Below, piece by piece: positions 1-11,279 of a DNA stretch of 64,000 nucleotides; the first letter of the stretch is position 1, and each line of letters begins with the position of its first letter. The position numbers and the translations under genes were made by a program. Under the pieces are notes generated by a model. That model was not told the DNA's origin, ran no database searches, and worked only from the letters and a program-made list of their open reading frames with translations. Origin of the DNA: Raillietiella orientalis (taxonomy: Eukaryota); the NCBI GenBank assembly GCA_036172245.1, contig JAYWIR010000011.1, positions 1,178,001-1,242,000 on the forward strand, given 5' to 3'.

Positions 1-94
1 CGACTTTGCCCGGCGACCTTCTCATTCCTTGGCTGCACCCGCCGCCCACTTCGAGCAGGAGGCACGCCAGGATGCATCGGACTGGAATAAGCTG

Positions 95-760
95 CATCAG
101 TCAGCTTCTGTCCGGAAGCACATCAGGATGCGCGCGCTGCCCACTTTGACCGGAAGCTCGTCACGGTGCACTCGACGCCCACTTTGACCGGAAGCACGCC
201 ACGTGGCATCCGTCAGCTTCAGTCCGGAAGCACATGAGGATACGCGCACCGCCCACTTTGACCGGAAGCACGCTACGCTGCACGCGACGCCCACTTTGAC
301 CGGAAGCTCGTCACGGTGCACTTGACGCCCACTTTGACCGGAAGCACGCCACGTGGCATCCGTCAGCTTCAGTCCGGAAGCACATCAGGATGTGCTCACC
401 GCCCACTTTGACCGGAAGCACACCACGCTGCATCCATCAGCTTCAGTCCGGAAGCACATGAGGATACGCGCACCGCCCACTTTGACCGGAAGCACGCTAC
501 GCTGCACGCGACGCCCACTTTGACCGGAAGCACGCTACGCTGCACGCGACGCCCACTTTGACCGGAAGCTCGTCACGGTGCACTCGACGCCCACTTTGAC
601 CGGAAGCACGCCACGTGGCATCCGTCAGCTTCAGTCCGGAAGCACATCAGGATGTGCGCACCGCCCACTTTGACCGGAAGCTCGTCACGGTGCACGCGAC
701 GCCCACTTTGACCGGAAGCACACCACGCTGCATCCATCAGCTTCAGTCCGGAAGCACGTG
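95..760. repeat. Modular minisatellite: core CGCCCACTTTGACCGGAAGC alternating with 3-4 recurring linker variants (38- and 74-bp units)
   Basis: About 18 copies of CCGGAAGC. Linkers such as TCGTCACGGTGCACTCGA and ACGCTACGCTGCACGCGA recur many times. Confidence 0.9.
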
Positions 761-2399
761 TAATTCCTTCCGCGGATTGGCTAGGCATCCCACGCTCCGT
801 GTGAAGGCTGAGCGAAACTAGCTGCAACACCAGCTCCTAGATGCCCTGCCGCCTGATTCACTAGACAGAACGAACGTCCCAGCGTCCACTATCTGAGAGA
901 CTGTGACCTCAAATCCATCGTTTCACCGATCCACGTACCCCCTATTTAGTTGAGTCCTTCTATTGTTTCCCATTCCAGCCCTGATATGAAGGCCCCTTAC
1001 CGTCGCTTCATCCATCTTGTTTGAAACATCACCCACAGAGACATTTTACCGGGTCTTTTCAGGAGCAGACGACTCCGTAGTTACCCTTGCATTCACGGCA
1101 CCTCTCCAGATGACACTTTTACCATTCGCTCCCCACCAATGAACAGCTTCTTCATCCCATTCATTGAGTCACTCGCTCTTCCTGCTCCCGTCACCTTCCC
1201 AGAGAACTGTTTTTCCAGGACGTCTTCTTTGTTCCCTCTTCCCTCCAGTCGGAACTGTTTTGTGATTCCGATGCATTCGCCTGACTCCTTTTTCTTGGAT
1301 CTCACCCTGCAAGAATGGATCTCTTCGGTTCCACACAAACGGGAAGATCCACGTCACCCCTCGTTCCATCTTGCCGTGTGCTCCACAGCACGCCAGATGC
1401 GTTCAGAGAGGAACCGCGAGGCGTCTCCTGGAGGCAAGGACTGGGTCCTCCGAGGCCTCCGGATGCTCGGAGAAGGGACGACCCATATGCGTCACGATGT
1501 CACCTCCTCCACTCTGGAAGCAGTTCGATTGCAGGGATGCGCACCTCCGCGGTCTGCGGGAATCGTCAGCGGCCATCTCCAGCGGCCTCCGTGGATGCTC
1601 GCTCCCCCACCCGCCTCAAGAACTCCCGTTCCCTGTTCCTTGACGTCCCGGCGACAGCGCGTCGCTGTTGCCGCCACCTCGACGGCCTCTTTTCGTCGAA
1701 ATGCCGAGCGCTGGTGATGGCAGTGGGCGTCCGCCTGGTTTAAGGATTCCGGAGTACCTTGGAGTGAGTCAGAGGCGCCCTATTGTGCGAGAGCACCCCT
1801 AGAAAACTCCCTCGCGTAGGGAGAGTCAAAGAAAAATGCCGTGGTAACTCCCGCTGGCGAAGTGCGCGGTGCCATTTCTGACGGGGGGAAGGGATGAGAG
1901 GGTCCTCCGTTACTGGGTGAAAGGCGAACTGCTAGGAAGGACCATTGCGCTGCGGCCGGATACCAGAGAAACCACCGCCCGCGGGATGGCAGTCGACGCC
2001 CCCGTTTGTGCGACATCACACAGGCGAAATCCGATTCCTCGAGAGAACCGGTAAGCAAGGCAGAACGGCAAAGCGGGGAGAAGGAAGGGGGAAAAAGGGG
2101 GGGAATCCCTGATGTGTGCTCCTCGCTTCCCTGATTTCGCTCCGCCCCTCCGTTCCGACTGCCCGCTCATCCCTCCGGGATGTGGTGCTGGAACGACCCT
2201 GCATCGACCACCTCGTCACTTGCGGGGCGGTGGGTTGGTCCCCATCTTCCTCCTTTGCATTATGCGGGAACCAGAATCAAGTGGGAGGAGGGAGACCCCC
2301 CCTCGCTTTTTACCCTTGAGACCTCGGTAGCCTTTTCGAAGACACGGACGGCGCCCGCGTCTCCAGTCGGTCATCTGCCGTCGTGCACCCACATTCTCG

Positions 2400-4500
2400 C
2401 CTCCGAGCGGCGCTGCCGTCGCTCACGCAGAAAAAGGGAAGGTATGGCAAACGACACCCTGGGGCATGATCCCCTCTCATACCACTCCCTCTCTCTTGGA
2501 CTGCCTCATCCGGGATGTGGAGGGTTCTCGGAGATCGTCCGTCGCCTTATCTTTCTCGGGAGCGCCGGCTTGCAGCACGTACTGACGCCACCTGCATCCT
2601 CCGTTTTCCATCTTCCCTTCCCTTCCCTTCACTCTCCCCAGAGCCGCAGCAGCAGCTGAGAGTAGCGGCCTGCTCGGCATAGCAACGACGACCTCGCTAA
2701 GGGAGATGGGCGCGGAGCAACAAGGTGTCCGTCTTCTTCCGAGCGGAGCAGCACGGAGCAGAGACGCGCCTCCCTGTCGACGACGACGAGCCCGCAAGAA
2801 GACGTCCTAGTTCTGGCGCGTGCTCCCCGTGCGCCTTCCTTCCGGCCCCCCTTCGGCTCCTTTTCTCCCCCACCTACCCCGTTTGCTTCTTTCCATCCCC
2901 TCCCGGAAGCGAGCCACGAATTTTTCGCCCTCCCCGCCCATCGGTCGATTGCCCCTGGCGACGACACGGCCGACGGCCGCCTCCGTTGCCCTTTCCGAAC
3001 AGCCCGGTCGAGGAACAGCTACTGCTGTTCTCCTCCCATCCTCTTTTGCGCCTTTTTCCCTCCATTGTTCGGCAAGCGGCTGGAAGTCATGGAGAGCTAC
3101 ACGCAGGGGAGGAAGGGCGTCACTCGCTCTGGCTGCACAGGGCAGCAACTTTCTCCGAGTGCCCTCGAGACCTCCCCTCTCGGCGGAAGAAAAGAGCCCT
3201 CGGGAAGGTTTGAGGACCCCTGCGTCTTCGTCTTCGGCAAGTCGTATGAGCTGTCGAGTTTTCCTGGCCCCGGCAAGGATGTACCGCTCTCAGAAGGAGG
3301 CCCGAGGGGAAGGTGAGGAAAAAGCAGAGAGAAAAAGGAACCAGGAGAGAACAGAGTCTCCCTGGAGAAACCTCCGGTGGGTGAAGGAAGGGCTGAGTCG
3401 GTCCAGGGAACGGTGTCCAGCTGACACCCGCATGCTTCGTGGAGGGAGCCAACCAAAGAAGAACCTTTCTCCCCCCTCCTCCTCTTCCTGCTCCCTTTCT
3501 CCTTTCCTCCTCTCCTCCAACCAAAGGGCTCGCAACTTCTAGTTCAAGAGGAGGAGACGGAGGCGGGGGAAGGATCATGAGCGAAATCACCACCCCTTTC
3601 TTTGTCTCTTCCCGCGCGACCCTAGGAAAGGAAGGAGGTGGTGATGGAGGGATGTGGAGCGCGCCAAAGGAGACACCTCAAAGGGACAAGACGAAGGGAT
3701 TGCGGAGAACAGCTCCTTTTCCTCCTCCCGCATTCTATTTATTCCTGAATGCGCAAGATCCTCCCCTTCCCCCCCCCCCTTTTACACGCACGCACACATG
3801 CTCACTTACACCTTCCACCGCGTCTGTGTCACGCAGCTAGTTTCCTCCCCGGAAGACAGACGAAGGGCGCTCGCGCGTCCCCGCTCTCTTTCGGGAAGCC
3901 GCCGATAAGGATTATTTGGGGTTCCTTCTGAGTGCAAGTGGGGACAGGGACAAGGGGTGAGAGAGAAAGACACTCCCGTTCTCTTGGGTCGGCTCCCGCA
4001 GGGGTCCCTTCGGACTTCCTTCCGTCTCGCCCTCCTTCTCCCTCCATTCGGGGACACTCCTTCATGAAGCTCTGCAGTGGGAAAGCAGGAGGATCGGGTT
4101 TCTCTCCCCCTCCTCTTTTCTTCCCCTCATCATCTCCCAGGAGAAGGAAGTCTCGCTGAGAGATGCGGCTGCCTGAAAGGCGATCCAACTCTCTGATCGA
4201 GAGGTTGCTGCCATCTCCCGGAGAGTCCGGGAACCCTCCCACGAGGCGCGCGCACGTCCTCACGGCAAAGAGGCAGAAGCTTGCTGACCCCTCTGACTCT
4301 TGATAGCTCTTGGTCTTCAGTCTGCCCTGCAAGAAGCTGGAGGAATGCGCTCAGCTTCTCCTGACACGGACCGAAATGGGTACGTCACGAGAGAAGGAGT
4401 AGCTTCCTTCAGGAAGTGTCCTCGACCTTGTTCCCTCTTCCTCGGAAACGGCCGCTCCGAATAGTTCACGTGTGTGTTCACCTTCCACGAGAGACATCCG
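2400..4500 (-). mobile_element. Possible highly degenerate non-LTR retrotransposon remnant
   Basis: Broken minus-strand frames. Only weak motif echoes, e.g. PISLSEVVVAM resembling the pre-RT 'P.s..EV..A' segment. Boundaries approximate. Confidence 0.25.
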
Positions 4501-4949
4501 CACATCCTGAGAATTCTGCCACCGCTAGGAGACGGAACTTTTCGTTCCTACCTCCTGAAGGGGCCGGGAAAGCACCCACTTGTCTGAAGGATGTATCTTC
4601 CTTCCTTCCTCTTCCTTCCTTCCTCTTCCTTCCTTCCTCTTCCTCCTTTCCTCCTTCTTCTCCCTTTCTCCTTCCCTCCTTCATTCCTCCTCCTCCTCCC
4701 TTCCTCCTCCTCCTTATATGAGCTTGCTATGCTGAAGCTTCTTCCGGGCAGACAGGAGATACATGAAACATACGCCATCCAACAGTCCCTCCGCTTGGTT
4801 TGCCACCTCGTGGATCATGTCAGGAAACGGTCGAATGGCACGAGGCAGGATGGGGGTGCGGAAGAGGGAACGCGAAATGCGGGAAGGCCACCGCTTGGTT
4901 CCCGCCTGAAATGTAGCCCTCGAGGTTTTTCTCCCGGTGGCGTCGAAAT

Positions 4950-5900
4950 GTTTATTTATAAATAAAACATAAGCCAAGAGTCGGTGGGACGCAGTGCCTC
5001 CTTCGAGCCCAAAAATTCTTGGGGGACTCCGACAGGTCCCGAGAAAGGACGGAGTAGAATGGGGAAGAAAAAGACAAAAGCAAAAGAAAAGGGGTTGTTC
5101 GAAAAGAGTGGGAGGGAAAAGTCTGGGATCTCTGTCCGAGTCGCTGGTTCATCTGCACCCTTCGCAGGATGCTGGCGCGCTCCTCCTCATGTCCTCTTAG
5201 ATGGGACCGTTCCGAAGCTGCCTGCAGGAAGCAGGTGGCGAACAGGATGGCCCCTTGTCGTGGAGGCAGCCCCTGACCCCGCTCTCACTGCGATAGCATC
5301 GCGCACGCAGCCCAGAGCCGCGACTGCGGCCCTGAACGGCCTGGGATCCCGCACGAAGAAGGAGGCTCTGGGGATCGTCCACCGGGATGGGTAGGAACGC
5401 TGGAAAAGGTTTGCCCGCAATTCCCGGAGGGAATGCATTAGCAGGTGAGGAGGGAGGGAGAGAGGGAAACGGATTTTTCTATCCATGCTCCCTGTGCAGT
5501 TCTCCGCGGCATTCCTCCTCGTCCGGTAGCAGGGGTCCACATCTCACCGGAGTCCCGATGCAACAGCAGCAGCGTCGACTGCTGCTGCCACTTGAGGGAG
5601 AGGAACAAGCTGTCCTTCATCACCGGAGGCACCTCCAGAATGTCTCTTGGGATCCCGAAGAGTCCTCCCCAGGGAAGGAGTCCATTCGGAGGAATCGTAA
5701 GTGTTGCTGTTGTCCAGGAGGCTGGTGCCATGTACCTCGCATCGCTGCGTCGAAGGGGGGAGGAGGGCTGGCTGTGGAGTGAGCCAACGATCTCAGCTCG
5801 CCTCCCGCCGTCTCCTCCACTATTCTTCCGGTATTCCGTTGAAATCCATGGCACCGGGTAACTCAGGGCGTGGTCTGGGTGATCTCGGCTCACGTCCCTC
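4950..5900 (-). mobile_element. Degenerate 3' fragment of a non-LTR retrotransposon (L1/Tx1-like ORF2 C-terminus), same family as 8100-9870
   Basis: Reverse complement shares blocks with the 8.2-8.45 kb and 9.5-9.8 kb regions (CGAGGTACATGGCACC, CCCTCAAGTGG, GCTTCCTGCAGG; peptides RHLLPAGSFG vs RHPLPAGSFG), followed by a T-rich tail. Confidence 0.6.
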
Positions 5901-6949
5901 ACTTTCTCCTGCGGCCAGATCTGATCGTTCTTAGGGCCGCAGGAGAATCCGTGGATGTTTGCTCTCCAGGGCGTCCACGTGCCTCGGCAGCAAGCCGCAG
6001 CGGCCAGGTTCCGGTGACAGTGCCAGGGGTAGCCCCTGAGGCGGCTGCCGAATCCAGTGGAGCGTCCCGCAGTGACGATCCGATCGGAGTCTTCGGTCTT
6101 CTGTTTGGCCGAGACGACCGACGAAGCCTCTGAAGTTCCGTATAGCAGACCAACCCATCCATTACAGACCCATCCCGGATACCTCGGGCAGATCGAGAAA
6201 AATGTCAGGAGAGAAGGGCCTCATGAAAACGGCGCCAGGACGCGACGCCTTTCCCTGTTGCCCTTCCGCTTCCTGCCGCCTTCGCACAGGAACAAAGGCA
6301 CTGTCTTCATCCCTCCTTTGTCGAGGACTCCACTTCATCCTCGACCCGGATGCTTCCCTTCTTCGCGTCCAATCGCAGACGTTGACTCCGCGGCCAGAGC
6401 CAGGAGCGTTCTCGCCTCGCGCTGAAGACGGCAGACTCACGCGGCGGAGTCGACCCTCGATTGTGGACCTAGTGGGATATGGACTTCAGAAAGAAGCGAG
6501 ATCGTTCCCTCCTCCCTTTTCGTTCCCCTCCCCCCCCCTCCCTCATCTCTGTCCCCTTGTTGGCTAGATGGCCGTACCACGCGGACAGAAGAGGGCCAGG
6601 TGAAAGGGGAGGATTCGAGGTTCGACGCTGAGAGAGATGAGCGGAGGCTGTCCGGGAAATGATCGGAAAACCACCAGGAAGACCCTGGCTCCTTGAAAAC
6701 TGAGGAGGTCGGTCCCAGCGAGGATCAAAGGGGCCGACATCGAGAGGAACGAAAAGGAGAGGAGGATATGAGATTCTTGGGGGTGGAAGGGGGTTGGGGA
6801 GAGGTGGAAGGGAGGAGAAAGGCTGGGTGCTTCTGTTGGGAGGTGCTGGAACTGCCCTGGGGCGAATCCCTTAGCCCTGCCTTCGCACCTGACGGAGTTC
6901 TCCAGGCCGAAGCGGTGGAGGCAGCCACAGAAGATGAGAAGAAAAAAAA

Positions 6950-7450
6950 CACACGCACCATGCTGTATGGGAAGTCAGTGGCCAAGTCCTCTACCCACCC
7001 TGCCTTGCAAGGGCAACGCCAGGAGACCCACCTACGTGGGCAGCCAGGGAGAGCGAGAAGGGAAAAGGGTGGCTCGCCTTTCCAGCGGGCGGATCCGCGT
7101 CGTGAGCCCCCTCGAGAAGGCGAAGGTAGGGAAGGAAAAGGAATCCGGAAGCACCCACGGCAGAGACTTCAGGATCTGAGGAGGGGAAGGGGGAGGGAGG
7201 GCGAGAACCACAAGGGCGCGCTTCTTAGGGCTTCTCCCTTTCCTGTTCTGGACCCAGGGATCCTGCTCTGCTTTCCCTCTCGGGATCCCGTGGCGCTCCT
7301 GCCTTCCTTTGCAGAAGGGACCGGCTGCAACCTGCCCGCGCCCTCACCTGCACGCGGGCGGCCAGGCTCCGAGTCCCCGGAGCGACCTGAGACACTCGCA
7401 CATCCGATCATTCTCACAGGTTCCAAGGCGCAGTCTCGGTTTCATGCACG
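6950..7450 (+). mobile_element. Possible degenerate APE-endonuclease fragment of a LINE
   Basis: QETH motif followed, across frameshifts, by GKRVARLSSGRIRVV, loosely like APE motifs. Weak. Confidence 0.25.
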
Positions 7451-8099
7451 TTCCACGAGCAGCAGGGAAATTGAGGTGCCGACAGAAGATCTCCTCCTCC
7501 CTTCCGGAAAAGAAATGGAAGATACTTGTTTCGGAATAAACAGGAAGTACGTTTCTTCCCGTGCTCACTCAAATTGTGCAAACATGCAATGAATTTCCAG
7601 CAGCAGGCAGAAAAATCTGCATCGTACTTGGGAAGTGTGTGAGAGATTGCAGATGTGGACAAGGATGCAAGAACCCAAAAGATAAATTGCTTTGCTGGAG
7701 TAACCAAAAAAACTTTTGTGTGTGTGTTCCTTTCCTTATGTAATTAGGGCTGCAAAATTTCGATCTCGTTGGTGCTAAAGACAACACGCCAGAATACTGC
7801 CCGGTGTACAGCAGATTCTGTATTCGGAAAGTGGTAATCTATTGTACAATTTGATTTTCAGAATGCTGTTGCTGTAAGGCACGACAGACACATTAAGCTG
7901 CACATTGAGAAAAAGCTGCGTCCAGGTTTACCAAAATTTTTCTTTATCAGTGTGTGAAGCATCTGTCTTTTATTAGCTGACCTGTACCATTGTTTGCATT
8001 ATTTTTGTGGCGACTGCAGTGAGGATATGATAAAACTCTCTACCGGGCACGAGATCTTCATATCACGAAAAATCCGTCTTCCGACAGTTTCAGAAGAGT

Positions 8100-9870
8100 G
8101 GAAGAACACTGGAGGCGGCGGGTAGTGAGCTGATCATGTTGGCCTACCCAGCAGCCACCCCCTTTGCCGCATCGGTGTCCTCTGCTATCGAGGTACATGG
8201 CACCTGCCTACCGGCTAGGTGGGAGGTTTCCAGAGGGATCTTGGCCTACAGAAAGCCTATCGGTGGTTGGACTACGTGGCAGCTAAACAGGAAGCAGCAA
8301 CAGCAAGAACCATCTCCAAAGGACTGGAACGTTGGGGCAAACTCTTCTCCATTCGGCACGAAGAGTTGGACTGTAAGCTGCTTCCCCTCAAGTGGAAGAA
8401 ATAGGCGCTGCTGGTGCTGCACTGGGGTCTCCCGCGCAATGCGCGTCGGCACCACTGGACGCTAAGTACCTCAGAGCCGGTCGCGTGCCTCGCGGCGCAC
8501 GTGGCTCTTGTTAAACATTAAACACACTGTTTTGTTTCCACGCCCCTCCGCCCGCGGCAACCCGCAGGGGGGCGTGTAATATTCAGTGTAATTCTTCAGG
8601 ATAGGGGGCACCCCGGGATGGGGGTCTGCCCTATGAATCCAGGAAGGGCTCGGAGTCCGTTCCTCTCACGCTTGGGGAGGGATCCCCCCGGACGGGGTGG
8701 ATCGCACCTCCCACCCTGGTTGTCTCCGAAGGGGAACCCCGAAGGGAATCTCCTTCCTCATTCTTTCCGGAGGGATACCCCCCTAATGGGGGGTGGTCCT
8801 CTCCATTTCAACTTCTCCTAAGGGAACCCGGAAAGGATCCGCTTGTAGGAATTTCTTCTCCGGAGGGAACCCGCAAGGGAACCGCTCCTTGTTCACTCCT
8901 CTGAAGAGAACCCCGAAGGGACGCTTCCGAAATTCAGAAGGGGCGCTGCAGCTTCCCGCAGGGAATCGCTCTCGCTTGCTTCCTTGTGCACTCTGTGAAG
9001 AGGAGACGACTCGGAGGGACCCCCCAACAGGGGGGTCCGCTCCTTTGAACAACTGGAGAGGTGCCCGTGAGGGCTCCTGCTCCATCTTGAAACCGGAGGG
9101 GTCCCCCGGTGGGGGGGGTCCGCTCTCCGTTGCACGACAGGAGGGGGAACTCCCCACTCCTTGATTCCTGGGAGCACCCGAAGGTCGACTCCCATTTTTC
9201 CCGCCTTCATCGGGGGCCTCCGGCTTAATCCACCGCCGGTGCCTCGCCCGAATGTCTCGGCCAACCAGCGCTATTGCAGGAGAAACTCGGAACCCGACGA
9301 CGCAGTGGCGTCAGAGTTTCTGCCGAAGTATTCGAACCCGCGACGCATGGTGCCACAAGGCCTCCGACGAGGGCTGGGGGCACCACTGGACGAGGGGAAG
9401 CGCATCGCCGAACTGTGCCAGGTGTGGGGAGAAGAAGACTTTTCCCCACCTCATAGTGCACTGCATCGCCCTCGGGGACTTGTGGGAACGCTTCTCCGTG
9501 TCCCTTCCTCAACCCGCGGACGATCCCAGAGGGCCTTTGAGGCCCCTCTTCGTGCGAGACGCCATGACGCCCGCAGCCGCGATCGCAGCGCTGTGCTGTG
9601 TGTGCGGTGTCGTCGCTGCGAAGTGCGACGCCGAGGGAGGCCGGAGCGACGGGGGGGGCTGTCCCGCACGCCATCCGCTTCCTGCAGGTAGCTTTGGGAT
9701 GGCCCCACCTGGAAAGGGAGAAGGAGGAGCTCGCAGGCATCCTTCAACGGATGCAGAGGCCTCACCCACCACGAAATGTGATCCCTTCCCTTCCCCCCAG
9801 CTAATCTTTTTGTCAGTTTCTACTTTTTGTTGTAGTTTGTTTCCTTTTTTCTTTCTTGTTTTGCTTCATC
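8100..9870 (+). mobile_element. Degenerate non-LTR retrotransposon 3' end (zf-RVT/CCHC region), interrupted by a SINE at 8462-9378
   Basis: LLPLKWKK*ALLVLHWGLP before the insert joins SPNCARCGEKKTFPHLIVHCIALGDLW after it, the C-x2-C...H-x4-C...W motif of L1/Tx1-clade ORF2. T-rich 3' tail at 9805-9865. Confidence 0.7.
8462..9378 (-). mobile_element. tRNA-derived SINE, copy 1 (A box deleted)
   Basis: Near-identical reverse complement of 60035-60985. B box GGTTCGAATAC on the minus strand at ~9328-9338. Flanked by direct repeat GGCACCACTGGACG at 8448-8461 and 9379-9392 (TSD). Confidence 0.85.
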
Positions 9871-11279
9871 CCGCCTCCCCTTCGTGGGCATGATGGACCT
9901 CGCCGGGCGCCCCCTCTTTTTCCTAATGTAATAATTGGGATCTGTGAGCCTTTTGGTTCCATGGATTCCTGCAAGAGTGATAAACTCCCCAGGTGTGAAA
10001 TCACGAAAAGTCCCTGTAGCTAGTCAGCTGTAATTAAAATGCCTTGGGTTTCACTTATTATCAGTTGGTCTCTCTCTGAATTTCAAAGTATGATTGCTTG
10101 AAGGTAGGTCGCCTTGGAATGCTGGCTTGAAGCTGGCAAACGGGAAAAGGCACAGCAACACCAGAGAACCAGAGCAGGTGGAGCTCGCCGGAATTCTTGT
10201 AAGGCGTTCGAAGAAGATTGGAAGCAGATGGCAAACATCACACACATAGTCGAGAACCCGACCAGAACTCGAGTTTCTCCCAAGAACCAAAGTGCATCTT
10301 AAGGACGATGGGTAGCAGCAGCGATCCCTGGCGATTCTTTCGTATCTTCATCTCCTCCTCCTTGCAACAAGCACGGAACCGGGATGAACCCGAGGCCGTG
10401 TCGGGTGCAGCCGACCGGTGGAGTTTCGGGTAACCACTGGAGGAACTCACTGGAGACTTCGAAGCCTTTGGTAAACTCCCTTGCCTTTGGTAGGGATTCA
10501 TAGTAATTGACGGGATTCGGCACACACTGTCTGGGGTTCACATTTCTCTCAATCTTCTTCTTTGCCTCTTCGAGAGGGCGGACCTCCACGTGAAGTGTGT
10601 GTAAACGACCGTTCGAAATGTGAACAAACAGTCGAATCGAGTCTCAGGTGTCCTGCTGCCAGAGGGGGTGGTCTTGCTGGTCCAAAGTGTCGCAGCCAAC
10701 ACCGAGGAAGCAACATTGCATGAATGTTGGTAGGACGTTTTGCCTCCCCCCCCCCTTTCCACAAATTAATAAATGCCTGGAAGCTGAATTGGATTACGAT
10801 TCATCGTCACATAAATTATGAACGAAACGGTTAAAATGACGATACCCCTCATATGCTTCCTAACGGATCGGCTAAAACAGAGCACGGGTGCTTATCCGTG
10901 AAAATTAATTGGTACAATGAAAAGTGGATTGCATCGATTTACAACTGAAGTTTCATTAGCAACAGGTATTGGAAAAAATATGGAGGTAAGTCGTTATTTG
11001 CCAACAAGACATACCAATTTTGGAACTGTTATATATATATATTTCTTTTTCATGAATCTGATTCAGAAATGAAATACCCGAGATTGCTTTTTCTGGTGCC
11101 TGTATTTAAATAATGTACATCTTAAACTTTAGTTTACATTATTTAAATACTATAAGTTAAATTATAGATTGATCTTTAAAAAACTGTTGTAAGTAATTCG
11201 CATGTTTGTTAAATGATATTCATTAAATATAGTAAGGTAGTTGAAGCTTCGTTTTCTTATTGAAAACTTGTATCCACAG

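Noticed and set aside
140..760. CRISPR-like array (constant 20-bp repeat with intervening sequence)
   Set aside because: The 'spacers' are 3-4 recurring variants rather than unique sequences, there are no cas genes, and the context is eukaryotic.
1000..1740. Third copy of the LINE 3' end
   Set aside because: Resemblance to 9400-9760 is too faint to support by eye.
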